Source: Chlorobiota bacterium | Lineage (GTDB): Bacteria; Bacteroidota; Ignavibacteria; Kapaibacteriales; HRBIN21 | DNA: 58,857 bases | Direction of reading: 5' to 3' | NCBI GenBank assembly: GCA_039630485.1 | Contig: JBCNUX010000008.1 | Location: 1-58,857 of the forward strand | Part shown: piece by piece, positions 48,716 to 58,553 of the stretch | Numbering within the stretch: the first letter of the stretch is position 1 | How the letters are laid out: the number at the start of each line of letters is the position of its first letter | Notes under the pieces: generated by a model | The model's database searches: none | Told to the model about the DNA's origin: nothing | What the model saw: the letters and a program-made list of their open reading frames with translations, nothing else | Position numbers and translations under genes: made by a program

Positions 48716-49348
48716 CTACTCCGAGGATGGTGGGGAGGGGGGCCGCAAGAGCAGCTCTTTGATGACTTCTATGCTGGGAGGTGAGGTAGTAGCATCGGAT
48801 TGGTATCGGCGGAGAGCCTCGTCAGGCCGGATGCTGGGACGCTCTTCAGCGAGGGGAGGAGCTTGAAGCGGAGCTTCTTCTGGAAGGGGGGTCTCTGTAC
48901 CGCTACTGCGCTGCTGCAAGCGGCGGACGAGTGCCAGAGTGTGGACGAGCTCATTTCCGAGCACTTCTTGCAGCTTCTCCAGGATGAGGGCACGAGTGAA
49001 TGGTTTACGAATGAATCCTACGGCCCCTTCTTTGACGGCCAATCCTAAGTTCTCCGTGTCAGACATAGCAGTGATCATCAGCACGGGGATGGCGCTGGTC
49101 GCCTTCAGCCGTTTGAGGAGCTTCAAAGTCTGGTGTCCGCTCAGGTCTGGCATAATGATGTCCAGGAAGATAACGGCTGGTCTGTGCTCCAGCGCTAGCG
49201 CTACGGCGTCGTAGCCGTTGGAGGCGACGATCGGCTCAAACCCCATGCTCTCCACAATCCGGGAGAGAATGCGCTGCATCCAGATGTCATCGTCCACAAT
49301 CAAAATGGGTAGTGGACGGACTGGGGGCTCTTGTCCAGGTTCATTCAT
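48716..49348 (-). CDS. Response regulator receiver protein with short C-terminal tail and no recognisable output domain
   Basis: ILIVDDD, FLDIIMP (phosphoacceptor), ITA, KPF; Pro-rich tail. Confidence 0.88.
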   Translation of the reverse strand: MNEPGQEPPVRPLPILIVDDDIWMQRILSRIVESMGFEPIVASNGYDAVALALEHRPAVIFLDIIMPDLSGHQTLKLLKRLKATSAIPVLMITAMSDTENLGLAVKEGAVGFIRKPFTRALILEKLQEVLGNELVHTLALVRRLQQRSSGTETPLPEEAPLQAPPLAEERPSIRPDEALRRYQSDATTSPPSIEVIKELLLRPPSPPSSE

Positions 49349-49637
49349 CCGCCTCTGGGGGATTAGGCTGTACAGGTGCTGATGGCAGCTCTACTAGGTG
49401 GGGGACAGCATACAGCCGTGCTCGCCGCAGCACTTTTAGAAGGCTCGGAGCGGCTGTCATCAAAGCCTGGTGGTTGAGCTGCTCTACGCGGTGGTAGAGC
49501 TCACGTCGGTAGACAGCCACTGTCCGGGGCGCTTCTATTCCTATGCGCACGTTCCCTCGGTCAACGGAGAGGATACGAATGGTGACGACACCGTCAATAG
49601 CGATCTCTTCACCAGGTTTACGCGTAATGACGAGCAT
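49341..49637 (-). CDS. csrA: Carbon storage regulator
   Basis: MLVITRKPGE.I.I...VRIGIEAP...VYRRELY; R44 and N55 present; C-terminal extension. Confidence 0.93.
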   Translation of the reverse strand: MLVITRKPGEEIAIDGVVTIRILSVDRGNVRIGIEAPRTVAVYRRELYHRVEQLNHQALMTAAPSLLKVLRRARLYAVPHLVELPSAPVQPNPPEADE

Positions 49638-50077
49638 TAGCCCTGCGAGGCCTGTTGTACTTGCACAATGGGATGAGTTGCAGAGTAGCGGTCCCCAGGC
49701 ACAATGAGCTGTTGCCCCGTCTGTTCCTTGAGGTTCAAGACAACGGGAGCCTTGAGATTCGCTACCAGCTGGGTGGGGTCTGATGCCAAGGTAATGATGA
49801 CTAGCGGGACGTACGTAGTGGGGTCATTGAACTCTGGCGGCAACTCATAGCTCGGGACGATATGCCACGGCAGCATGACTGGGAAGCCGATGGTTGGCTC
49901 ATCAACAGCAACGAGCCATCGGAGCGGTTCCTGTTGGGGGATGCTGACAATGATGTATCGTTTCAGGTGTTCAAAGCCGATGAGCCCGGCTGGGAAGTAG
50001 AACAGATGCCGGCGAGTAGGGCGGACCGTGCCGATCCTAGGAATGCGGAGTAGGCGTGGTGCTCTCTGCACCGTCAT
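49637..50077 (-). CDS. fliW: Flagellar assembly factor/CsrA antagonist
   Basis: FPAGLIGFE, LRWL, ANLKAPVVLN...GQQLI; coupled to csrA. Confidence 0.9.
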   Translation of the reverse strand: MTVQRAPRLLRIPRIGTVRPTRRHLFYFPAGLIGFEHLKRYIIVSIPQQEPLRWLVAVDEPTIGFPVMLPWHIVPSYELPPEFNDPTTYVPLVIITLASDPTQLVANLKAPVVLNLKEQTGQQLIVPGDRYSATHPIVQVQQASQG

Positions 50078-50886
50078 CGTTGTGGAGGACGAACGTTGTG
50101 GGACTGTGAAGGAAGGACGATCGGTTGTCCAGGCTTCCAGTAGCCGTAGCCGGAGGACACGCCGTTGTGCAACTCGGCCAATACGAATTCTACACGTCGG
50201 TTGCGTGCGCGCCCTTCAGGGGTACTGTTCGGTGCAATTGGGCGCTGCGGTCCGAATCCTCGAACGGCTATTCGCCGTTCTGGAACCCCACCTTGGATGA
50301 GGTAGTACGCAACGCTCAACGCTCGTGCGCAGGAGAGATGCCAGTTGGACTCGTAGCGGAGCGTGCGGATAGGGATACTGTCGGTATGTCCATCTACGTT
50401 GACGAAGTAGGGGACCTTTCGCAGCAGGAGTGCCAGCGTATCTAGTACTGGTAGCGCCTGTGGATGGAGGTCAGCCTTGCCGGACTCGAACAGCAGGGCT
50501 TCAGCAACGCGAATGACAGCGCCTTCAGCGGTCCGTTCTAATGTCAGCAACCCTGCTCGGATGTAGCTACCTAACGAGTGCTCCGTTTCTTGGAGCCACT
50601 CATCGATGCTGGGGTATGTGGATCGAGGCAGAATCGGTTGGGGGATCCCCTCCTCGCCTGGAAGGATATGCTGGCCATGCTGTTCGACTGGGGTCGTTGC
50701 ACTCCCGGGGTTGAAGTATTGCACCAGCGCTTGAGCAACCTCACGATACCGTCCCAAGTCTACCTGCGAAGCAGCGTAGAGAATTACGAACAGCCCGAGC
50801 AGGAGTGTAATGAGGTCGGCGTATGTGATGATGTAGCGCTCGGTACTGGGATGTTCCTCGTCCAATGTAGAGAGGTGCCGTGCCAT
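50074..50886 (-). CDS. motB: MotB-family stator protein (TM Asp plus OmpA-like PG-binding domain)
   Basis: ITYADLITLLLGLFVILYA, LLFESGKA, GHTD, SNWHLS.ARA, GRARNRRVE. Confidence 0.88.
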   Translation of the reverse strand: MARHLSTLDEEHPSTERYIITYADLITLLLGLFVILYAASQVDLGRYREVAQALVQYFNPGSATTPVEQHGQHILPGEEGIPQPILPRSTYPSIDEWLQETEHSLGSYIRAGLLTLERTAEGAVIRVAEALLFESGKADLHPQALPVLDTLALLLRKVPYFVNVDGHTDSIPIRTLRYESNWHLSCARALSVAYYLIQGGVPERRIAVRGFGPQRPIAPNSTPEGRARNRRVEFVLAELHNGVSSGYGYWKPGQPIVLPSQSHNVRPPQR

Positions 50887-50934
50887 GACGGTAGTCTATA
50901 TCGGCACTTGCAGCGCAAAGTGTAGTCAGCATGG

Positions 50935-53900
50935 TCATGGCAGGTAGATCAGGGGATGGCTCTCCAGCACCGTCCCATCAGCCCAAAGGAGGCAGTAGTA
51001 GGTGCCAGCGCTGAGGTATGCCAAGGGGATTCTCCAGGGATGTCCACAGAGGTGAGAACCTTCGCCTTCAGCAATGCGGAAGAGCCGACGCCCAAGAGCG
51101 TCGTAGAGTTCAATCCGGACGTACCGAGGGAGCTGGTGGCTGCAGCGGAGCCAGACGTGGACGCCGTCACCCGTCGCCGGCTGTGGGGTGACGGTGAGGA
51201 AGCGGTCCGTGGAGATCGGAGAAGGCTCTCCCACAGAGGTGGGGATGTGGAAGCCAGCAATCTTGTAGATGTTGCCAGAGAAGTCCGTGACCCAGAAGCC
51301 TTGGTCGGTGGGATCGTACTCCACACCTCTGGCGTTGATGTTGGCCCCGCGGCGCGTGAATAGCGTTAAGCTGTCGGTCGGTCCTGCGGGCAGAGGGAGC
51401 GGAATCCGGAAGAGGTAAGAGGCCGCCAATGAACCGCCAGAGAAGTCCGTGACAACATGGTAGAGCTCGTTGTCAGCTTCACTCACAGCGAGTCCACGTG
51501 GTCCGCTAGGTAGCCGAGAGGGATTGGGGTGCGTGGATTCCACGGCGCCCGTTACAGGGTTGACAACGTAGAGGCGCTGTTGTCCATCGCGCTCTGCGAC
51601 GATTAGCTTGCCGTTGTAGAAGCAGAGTCCTGTTGGGTAGCTGGCAGGGCTAGGATACTGCCGCACCAGCCTGCCTGTGGTGTCCAGAACGAGGATGAGG
51701 CCAGAGCTTCCTTGGGCCGTGCCGTTGAGTTTGTGGACGTACAGCAGTCCATTGGCTCGGTCTATGGTGAGGTCCGTGTAGAGGCTGTCTCCACCAGGAA
51801 TGCGGACCTCCTTCTCCACTTGGAGAGTTGCTGCGCTGAGCTTGTACAGGTGCGGGGTGTAGAAGCTTGTCGTCCACAGTCCACCACGCCCGTCGGAAGC
51901 GATGCCGTACGGAACATGCGCAGTGCTTGCATCGACGAGCACAGCACCGCGATGTCGCTCCAGGAGCGTGAAGGTTGGAGTAATGCGTACTTGGCTGGGA
52001 TCAGCCGTTGATGTGACCCGGACTCGCACCCAGATACTCGGGCGGTTGGGGGAGAGCCACCGTAAGGAGGTCGAAGTAACCCCGTCGGCAATGAGCTCCC
52101 AGCTGCGTCCATCGTCCAAAGAGAATTCTACCCGAACGGGCGGGGTAAAGCCGTACCAGGAGATAGTTACCGGCGAGCCGGCAACGAAAACCTCTCCGCC
52201 AGCTGGGGCTGTGATGGCCGGTTCGGCAATCGGTCCTGTTGGTAGCGGGATTTCCCACATGGAGCGGCCATGAGTGGCTGCTCGTAGGACTCGACGACGG
52301 TGGTGAATTGCCAAATCCACTACGGGCGAGCGTGGGAGTCCTACACCGTAGGGGAACCACGTCGCTCCCCCGTCGAGGGAGGCAAACACCCCGATATCTG
52401 TGCCGACGAAGATGTGGCGTTCGTTGAGCGGGTCTATGACAATAGCGTTGACCGGGATATCGGGCAACCCAGAACTGATGTCATGCCAGCTCTGCCCGCC
52501 ATCGGTGCTACGCCATACGTGGCCGCTACCAAACCCTGAGACGGTGACGTAGACCGTCTGGGGCTCGGTCTCAGAGAGGGCGAAGTCCGTGACGAAGCGG
52601 TTGGGAAGCCCGTTCCGCCCGACGTCAGTCCAGCTCTGGCCACCATCGGTCGTACGCCAGACCTCCCCACGCATGTTGCCAATGAAGATGACCGAAGGGT
52701 CGGCGGGTGAGGCTCCAATGGCGGTTATGGAGGCACTCATTGGCGAGGAGATAGGCTCCCAATAGGCTCCCCCGTTATACGTAGCATAGAGGCGCCGCCG
52801 TCCGTGGTAGAGCGTCTGCGAGTTGGTGGGATCCATCACGAGCGGGGCTGACCAGTAGCCGGGATCGTTGGGGTCAATCCCGCGGGTAATGCGCTGGAAG
52901 CTGCCGGTAGCCAGGTTCCGTTTCCAGAGATCGCCGTTTGGGAATTCGCCGTAGAGGATGTCGGGATTGTCGTGGTCGACGACGACGAAGAAGCCGTCCC
53001 CACCAGCTACCATGCCCCAGTTGCCCCCACGGTTCCCCAGAGTTCCGTTGTCTTGTGTCCCTCCGTAGTTGACGTCGTCTCGGGACTGGTCAATTGCCAT
53101 CGCGTAGAACTGGGTGACGGCAAGCCCGTTGTTGATCGCTGTCCACGTCGCCCCAGCATCTGTGCTGCGGTACATGCCGCCGTCATTGCCAGCGTAGACG
53201 ATGTTAGGATTGAGAGGGTTAAAGGCAGCAGCGTGCTGGTCTACGTGGACGTGTCCGCCGGAGTAGCCGTGCGTGACGTTGGTCCAAGTAGTACCCCCAT
53301 CAGTGGTGCGGTAGATGTCGATCCCGCCTGCCAACACTATGTTGGGGTTGGTCGGGTGGATGACGACGTACGCATTGTACCATCCCTGACCGTTGAAGAA
53401 GCTTTCTTGGCCTTGGTAGACGAGCTGCCACTGGCGCCCGCGGTTGGTGGATTTGTAAATGGCCCCGATGCCGCCGCTACCGTTCTGCTCCACGAGGGCA
53501 TAGAGGATCTCCGGAGCTGAGGGTGCCTGCTGGACGCATACGCGCCCGAGGGCGCTTGGTAGCCCATTACTCCGGAAGGTCCAGGTAATGCCGCCATCGG
53601 TGGAGTGATAGACGCCGCGGCCAGCGACACCGATGAAGAACTCCGCCGTGTCGTTGGGGTTGATGCTGATGTCGGTAACGCTGCCAACGAAGGTCCGGCT
53701 CCAAGTCTGCCCGGCATCGGTGGAGCGCCAGAAGCCGGCATAGTTCTTCGTTGCTCCAGCTACGATGAGACGGGGGTTGCGAGGGTGCACTTCAATTTTG
53801 GAGAATGCTCCAACGTGCGTTAGGCCAATCGGTGTCCAGCTTTCACCCCCATCGGTGGATTTGAAGATGCCGGCTCCGAAGTAGGAGTCAATGTTGTTGC

Positions 53901-54381
53901 TCATCTCGCCGGTAGCGGCGTAGATGATGTTGGATGCCGTTGGGTCAATCGCGAGGGCGCCGAATGAGAGTGAGTTTCCGTCGTCGAAGAGGGGCTGCCA
54001 CGTCTGCCCGCCATCGGTGGTGCGCCAGATGCCTCCTGCAGCAGCGCCGATGTACACCCAGCCCTCCCTCGTCGGATGGTGAACGACAGTCCGGATACGC
54101 CCGCCGATGTGGAAAGGTCCAATCGGCTGCCAGCGAGGCTGGAGTGATTGGAGACCGACCTTGCCCATAGTCCGTTCCAAGGACCGGGCCTGTTCTATGG
54201 CTCTCAGCCGGGCTCCTTCTGGGATGCGCTCGAACGGGTATGCGCGGGGAAAGCGGAAGGCCTCTTCACGTGCACGCGGATTCTCTTTGCCGCGGATTTG
54301 TAGGTACTCCTCGGTTGCGCTGCTTCCAGTAGGGAGTAGCAGGAGGCATACGAATGGCAGCAAGCTGCACAGGTGTACCAT
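50935..54381 (-). CDS. Secreted Asp-box/BNR (VPS10/GH74-like) beta-propeller protein with T9SS-type C-terminal domain
   Basis: Many [ST]xDGGxxW repeats, GGTQDNGT, AATHGRSMW; C-terminal TPQPA...LYDALGR...LSAGTYY. Start ATG 54381 (alternative 54393). Confidence 0.82.
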   Translation of the reverse strand: MVHLCSLLPFVCLLLLPTGSSATEEYLQIRGKENPRAREEAFRFPRAYPFERIPEGARLRAIEQARSLERTMGKVGLQSLQPRWQPIGPFHIGGRIRTVVHHPTREGWVYIGAAAGGIWRTTDGGQTWQPLFDDGNSLSFGALAIDPTASNIIYAATGEMSNNIDSYFGAGIFKSTDGGESWTPIGLTHVGAFSKIEVHPRNPRLIVAGATKNYAGFWRSTDAGQTWSRTFVGSVTDISINPNDTAEFFIGVAGRGVYHSTDGGITWTFRSNGLPSALGRVCVQQAPSAPEILYALVEQNGSGGIGAIYKSTNRGRQWQLVYQGQESFFNGQGWYNAYVVIHPTNPNIVLAGGIDIYRTTDGGTTWTNVTHGYSGGHVHVDQHAAAFNPLNPNIVYAGNDGGMYRSTDAGATWTAINNGLAVTQFYAMAIDQSRDDVNYGGTQDNGTLGNRGGNWGMVAGGDGFFVVVDHDNPDILYGEFPNGDLWKRNLATGSFQRITRGIDPNDPGYWSAPLVMDPTNSQTLYHGRRRLYATYNGGAYWEPISSPMSASITAIGASPADPSVIFIGNMRGEVWRTTDGGQSWTDVGRNGLPNRFVTDFALSETEPQTVYVTVSGFGSGHVWRSTDGGQSWHDISSGLPDIPVNAIVIDPLNERHIFVGTDIGVFASLDGGATWFPYGVGLPRSPVVDLAIHHRRRVLRAATHGRSMWEIPLPTGPIAEPAITAPAGGEVFVAGSPVTISWYGFTPPVRVEFSLDDGRSWELIADGVTSTSLRWLSPNRPSIWVRVRVTSTADPSQVRITPTFTLLERHRGAVLVDASTAHVPYGIASDGRGGLWTTSFYTPHLYKLSAATLQVEKEVRIPGGDSLYTDLTIDRANGLLYVHKLNGTAQGSSGLILVLDTTGRLVRQYPSPASYPTGLCFYNGKLIVAERDGQQRLYVVNPVTGAVESTHPNPSRLPSGPRGLAVSEADNELYHVVTDFSGGSLAASYLFRIPLPLPAGPTDSLTLFTRRGANINARGVEYDPTDQGFWVTDFSGNIYKIAGFHIPTSVGEPSPISTDRFLTVTPQPATGDGVHVWLRCSHQLPRYVRIELYDALGRRLFRIAEGEGSHLCGHPWRIPLAYLSAGTYYCLLWADGTVLESHPLIYLP

Positions 54382-54409
54382 GGTGGTTCGCACCGTTGTT
54401 GGTTCGTCA

Positions 54410-54417
54410 CAAACTTA
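54410..54417 (-). promoter_or_regulatory. TAnnTTTG element (TAAGTTTG) upstream of the Asp-box protein
   Basis: Exact match 28 nt before ATG 54381. Confidence 0.55.
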
Positions 54418-54447
54418 GCGTTTGTTGGAGGAAGTTCTGCGGTCAGC

Positions 54448-54624
54448 TCACAGTCGGACGAGCCGCTCGTAGATGAGCTTGAAGGCGGCGAAAGCGAGGA
54501 GGAGGAAGAGCAGGAGTCCAACCCACCACCCGTATTCCTCCCCGATGACGACGATCGCAATGGAGAGGAAGAAGACCGTGACGGAGGTTAGCAGGAAGAT
54601 GCCTACCATGCGCAGCAGTTCCAT
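54448..54624 (-). CDS. Small 58-aa two-TM membrane protein, absent from the ORF track
   Basis: Manual translation MELLRMVGIFLLTSVTVFFLSIAIVVIGEEYGWWVGLLLFLLLAFAAFKLIYERLVRL*; starts 8 nt after the hflX stop on the same strand. Confidence 0.75.
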   Translation of the reverse strand: MELLRMVGIFLLTSVTVFFLSIAIVVIGEEYGWWVGLLLFLLLAFAAFKLIYERLVRL

Positions 54625-54632
54625 TGCTAGGC

Positions 54633-55922
54633 TCAGGCGTGGTGTGGGATTACAGTGTGGAGGTACAAGGCGTACTGTTGGCGTAGTCGCTCACCGACAG
54701 CGGTGGGGCACCGAATCTGGAGTAGCATGCCCTGCTCTAGAGCTTCTTGGCGGACGAGCTCACCGGCAGTGCGCAGTCCGTGGAGTGTCCGAGCTTCCGT
54801 GTACGGGATCAGGAAGGTCATCAACTCCGTCTGCCCTTCGTATGCTTGCTGGAGTGCTAGGAGGAGCCGACGGAGGTTAATGCCGCGTTCAGCCGAAATG
54901 AAGACCGCTGAACTGAACTCCGCTTCTAGCTCTCGGAGGCGTTCCCGGTCGTGGATTAAGCGGTCAACTTTGTTGAACACTAGGACAGTAGGCTTGTCGT
55001 GGGCTCCCAGCGTGCAGAGTGTTTCGTCAACGACGCGGATATGCTCTCGGAAGTGGGGATGAGAGGCGTCAACGACGTGGATCAGGATGTCAGCTTCCTG
55101 GACTTCAGCTAAGGTACTGTGGAAGGCGGCGATAAGCTGAGGCGGAAGCTTGCGCAGGAAGCCGACCGTATCGGAGAGAAGGGCTATTTGCCCATTGGGC
55201 AGTCGGAAGCGGCGGACGGTGGTGTCGAGCGTTGCAAAGAGGCGATCGGCAACGAGGACAGGGGCTCCTGTCAGGGCCCGCATGAGGGTAGATTTGCCAG
55301 CGTTTGTGTATCCGACGAGGGCAAACCGTGGCAGTGTCTCTCGCCCTTTGCGCCGTTGGGCACGCTGCTGGGCTATCTGCTGTAGCTTGCGCTGGAGGAC
55401 CTGTATCCGACGCCGGATGAGACGACGGTCAGTCTCTAACTGAGTTTCACCAGGTCCGCGGGTGCCAATCCCACCAGCCTGTCGTGAGAGGTGGGTCCAG
55501 AGTCGGCTTAGGCGAGGCAGGAGGTATTGGAGTTGGGCTAACTCTACTTGGAGCTGCGCCTCTTGGGTGCGAGCTCGCATGGCGAAGATCTGCAGAATGA
55601 CCCCAGGCCGATCCAGCACCTTCACGCCCCATGCCCGTTCCAGGTTGCGGACCTGCACCGGCGAAAGTTCATCATCGAAGACGACGGCGGAGACTCCGGA
55701 GTGATGGATGAGGGGCTTCAGCTCTTCAACCTTTCCACACCCGATGAAAGTCGCAACGTCTGGAGCAGAGCGTTCTTGCCAAAATACCCCAACCACTTCG
55801 CCTCCGGCGCTGTGGACCAATGCTTCCAGTTCCTGCAGGTGGTCGAGGAATTCCGACCGTGGTAGCGGGCGGCGAAGGAGACCTACAAGGAAGACGCGCT
55901 CTCGTGTCTCAGGTGTCTGCAC
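54633..55922 (-). CDS. hflX: GTPase HflX
   Basis: GGIGTRGPGETQLETDRR, VGYTNAGKSTL, LFATLDTT, DTVGF, NKVD. Confidence 0.97.
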   Translation of the reverse strand: MQTPETRERVFLVGLLRRPLPRSEFLDHLQELEALVHSAGGEVVGVFWQERSAPDVATFIGCGKVEELKPLIHHSGVSAVVFDDELSPVQVRNLERAWGVKVLDRPGVILQIFAMRARTQEAQLQVELAQLQYLLPRLSRLWTHLSRQAGGIGTRGPGETQLETDRRLIRRRIQVLQRKLQQIAQQRAQRRKGRETLPRFALVGYTNAGKSTLMRALTGAPVLVADRLFATLDTTVRRFRLPNGQIALLSDTVGFLRKLPPQLIAAFHSTLAEVQEADILIHVVDASHPHFREHIRVVDETLCTLGAHDKPTVLVFNKVDRLIHDRERLRELEAEFSSAVFISAERGINLRRLLLALQQAYEGQTELMTFLIPYTEARTLHGLRTAGELVRQEALEQGMLLQIRCPTAVGERLRQQYALYLHTVIPHHA

Positions 55923-58521
55923 GCTCCTTCCTGCTTCGACTGTCAGAGCTACTACCCGCGAGTAGGGACGAAGGGGCGGCGTCCTCTATTACGTGCGTCC
56001 AGGGTTGGGCCCAGCAGCAGAGCCGTAGCTCAGCAGAGCTTGGCAGGGCTGGATGCCAGGGGACGATTCGGACAGTGTAACCGAACTGACCACTCTCTTC
56101 CAGGGAGAGATGCCCTGCGAACCAGTGAGTGTTTCCGCTGCTGCCCACGTGTTCCAAGGGGATGACCCACGGCTCGGTCATCTCACCTTCGGGCTGTACA
56201 CGTCCAGCATAGAGTTCTACGCGGACGTCTTCGGGGGAGAGTCCGCCAAGCTCGGCCTCTACACGGACGTGGAGGAGAGCACCGGTGCTCAGTTCTGTGT
56301 CGGCAGAGCTAACAACGCGGAGGATACGCACGTTCGGCCACTGTTCCTGGACACGTTGTCGCCAGTGGGTTATGGAGTGAGCAAGGCTTGCCTGGGAATC
56401 GAGGAGCATGGAACGAGCGCGATGTGCAGGGAGATAGCACTCTGCAGCGTACTGTCGCACCATGCGCGTACAAGAGTACTGGGCCGCAGCGGTGCGGATG
56501 GCATTCTTCATCATCGTTACCCATCGTTCCGGGATGCCTTCGGGGTTACGTTCGTAGAAGAGCGGAATGATGCGGTACTCTAGCAGGTCATAGAGCTGCT
56601 CCGCCTCGGCAGCGTCCTGCTCTTCCTCGGAAGCGTATTCCTCCCCCTGCCCGATTGCGAAGCCGTTCGTTCCCATGTAAGCTTCATCCCACCAGCCATC
56701 TAAGGTGCTACAGTGGAGGACGCCGTTGAGAGCAGCCTTCATCCCACTAGTACCGCTAGCCTCTTGCGGGCGGCGGGGAGTGTTGAGCCAGAGGTCGCAG
56801 CCTTGGACAAGCAGGCGGGCCAGTTCGAGGGAGTAGTTTTCCACGAAGACGACGTGGCGCTCCAGTCCGGCGTCCGCGATCGCGCGGATGATGCTGTGGA
56901 TGGTCTCCTTCGCGGGGACGTCCTGCGGATGCGCCTTGCCAGCCAAGATGAGCTGCACCGGGCGCTCGGACGAACAGAGGAGGCGGCGCAAACGCGTTAG
57001 GTCTCGGAAGAGGAGTCTCGGGCGTTTGTAGAGGGCAATTCGGCGGGCGAATCCGATCGTTAGGGCGTCGGGATTGAGGAGCAAAGAAGGTGTTGCTGGA
57101 AAGGTTCGGTGTCGTTCCTGCAGGGCACTGGTGAGGCGCTTGCGGAGGGTCTCGTGGACTCTCCACAGCTCTTGCGGTGGGATAGCTTCAACGGCGTCCC
57201 AGAGGGCTAGGTCAGTGTTCTCACTGCGCCATTGCTTGCCGATGTAGCGATCAAAGAGGTGGGCAATCTCAGGAGCAACCCATGTCGGCAGGTGGACACC
57301 GTTGTTGATGGAGCCGATAGGCACCTCATCCTCGGGGAATGAGGGCCAGAGAGCATGCCACATGCGGCGTGCTGTCTTACCGTGGAGACGGCTGACGCCA
57401 CGGCGATGCCATGCGACATTGAGTCCGAAGACTGTCGGGCTGAAAGCCGTAGGGTCAGAAGGGAACTGCCCAAGCTGGAGGAGTTGCTCTGGGCTTACCC
57501 CGATCTCAGCAGCGTACGGTTCCAAGTAGTGGCGCAGTACGTCGGCCTGGAAGACTTCATTCCCTGCGGGGACAGGGGTGTGAGTGACGAAGACTGTAGA
57601 GGCTCGCACGATCTCAAGAGCTTCTGAGAATCCCACGGAGTGCTCCTCCATGGTCTGCCGTATCCACTCTGCAGCGGCGAATACGGAGTGTCCCTCGTTG
57701 AGGTGGCAGATGGCCGGTCGGATACCCATCGCACGGAGTGCCCGCATGCCACCAATTCCTAGCACAAGCTCTTGCTGGATTCGGGTTTCTATCGTCCCGC
57801 CGTAGAGGCGGTCAGTGATGTCCCGGTACTCCACAAGTGAATTGTACTCGTGGTTGGTGTCCAAGAGGTAGAGCGGCACGCGTCCGACGAGCATCCGCCA
57901 AATCCGGATGTAGAGCGGGCCTTTTGGGAAGGGGAGCGAGATTAGCAACGGCCGACCAGTCTCGTCACGCACCAAGGTGAGCGGTAGGAGGGAGATGTCG
58001 TTCGCTGGGTAGAGTTCGTACTGCCAGCCGCTTTCAGCCAAGCGCTGCTGGAAGTATCCCTGCTGGTACAACAGTCCAAGAGCCACCAGTGGGATGCCAA
58101 TGTCGCTGGCGGTCTTCAGGAAGTCGCCCGATAACACCCCGAGGCCACCGGAGTAGTTCGGAAAGCTCTCGTGGACGCCGTATTCGGCGCAGAAGTACGC
58201 TACAGTGCCTAGTACCGTGCCAGAAGGTGCCGAAAAGCGAATAGGGGCTTCCAAGTATGTGCGGAAGCGCTGGTAGATGTACTGGAGGAATGCCAGGAAG
58301 TCTGGGTCTCGTGCTGCCTCGGTGAGACGAGCCTGAGAGATACGCTGCAGGAGTGCAAGGGGGTTGTGGTGGACCTCATCCCAGAGCTTTGGGTCTAAGC
58401 GGGCGAAGAGGTTCTGTGCCTCGCTGTCCCAGCACCACCAGTAGTTGTACGCCAACTCCCGTAGCGGGGCCAGTGGAGCTGGCAGGGTTGGAGTCACGAC
58501 GACAATCCGTAAGGGGAGCAT
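55909..58521 (-). CDS. glgP: Alpha-glucan (glycogen) phosphorylase
   Basis: YSGGLGVLSGD, HLNEGH, HTPVPAGN, NGVH, FARR...YKR, PLP motif EASGTSGMK. Confidence 0.96.
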   Translation of the reverse strand: MLPLRIVVVTPTLPAPLAPLRELAYNYWWCWDSEAQNLFARLDPKLWDEVHHNPLALLQRISQARLTEAARDPDFLAFLQYIYQRFRTYLEAPIRFSAPSGTVLGTVAYFCAEYGVHESFPNYSGGLGVLSGDFLKTASDIGIPLVALGLLYQQGYFQQRLAESGWQYELYPANDISLLPLTLVRDETGRPLLISLPFPKGPLYIRIWRMLVGRVPLYLLDTNHEYNSLVEYRDITDRLYGGTIETRIQQELVLGIGGMRALRAMGIRPAICHLNEGHSVFAAAEWIRQTMEEHSVGFSEALEIVRASTVFVTHTPVPAGNEVFQADVLRHYLEPYAAEIGVSPEQLLQLGQFPSDPTAFSPTVFGLNVAWHRRGVSRLHGKTARRMWHALWPSFPEDEVPIGSINNGVHLPTWVAPEIAHLFDRYIGKQWRSENTDLALWDAVEAIPPQELWRVHETLRKRLTSALQERHRTFPATPSLLLNPDALTIGFARRIALYKRPRLLFRDLTRLRRLLCSSERPVQLILAGKAHPQDVPAKETIHSIIRAIADAGLERHVVFVENYSLELARLLVQGCDLWLNTPRRPQEASGTSGMKAALNGVLHCSTLDGWWDEAYMGTNGFAIGQGEEYASEEEQDAAEAEQLYDLLEYRIIPLFYERNPEGIPERWVTMMKNAIRTAAAQYSCTRMVRQYAAECYLPAHRARSMLLDSQASLAHSITHWRQRVQEQWPNVRILRVVSSADTELSTGALLHVRVEAELGGLSPEDVRVELYAGRVQPEGEMTEPWVIPLEHVGSSGNTHWFAGHLSLEESGQFGYTVRIVPWHPALPSSAELRLCCWAQPWTHVIEDAAPSSLLAGSSSDSRSRKERADT

Positions 58522-58553
58522 CTATGCTTAGGCCTCGGCGTTCGGATAGCATA

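Noticed and set aside
52000-54050. Recurring CCATCGGT-like words as a DNA repeat array or CRISPR
   Set aside because: They encode the protein Asp-box (TDGG) repeats and are irregularly spaced.
54373-54591. Plus-strand acidic 72-aa ORF (EEEEEQE)
   Set aside because: It is the antisense of the hydrophobic 58-aa membrane gene, which fits operon orientation better.
49341-58521. Functional link between csrA and nearby glgP (CsrA controls glycogen genes in E. coli)
   Set aside because: About 6 kb apart with separate promoter elements, and no clear GGA-loop site in the short glgP leader.
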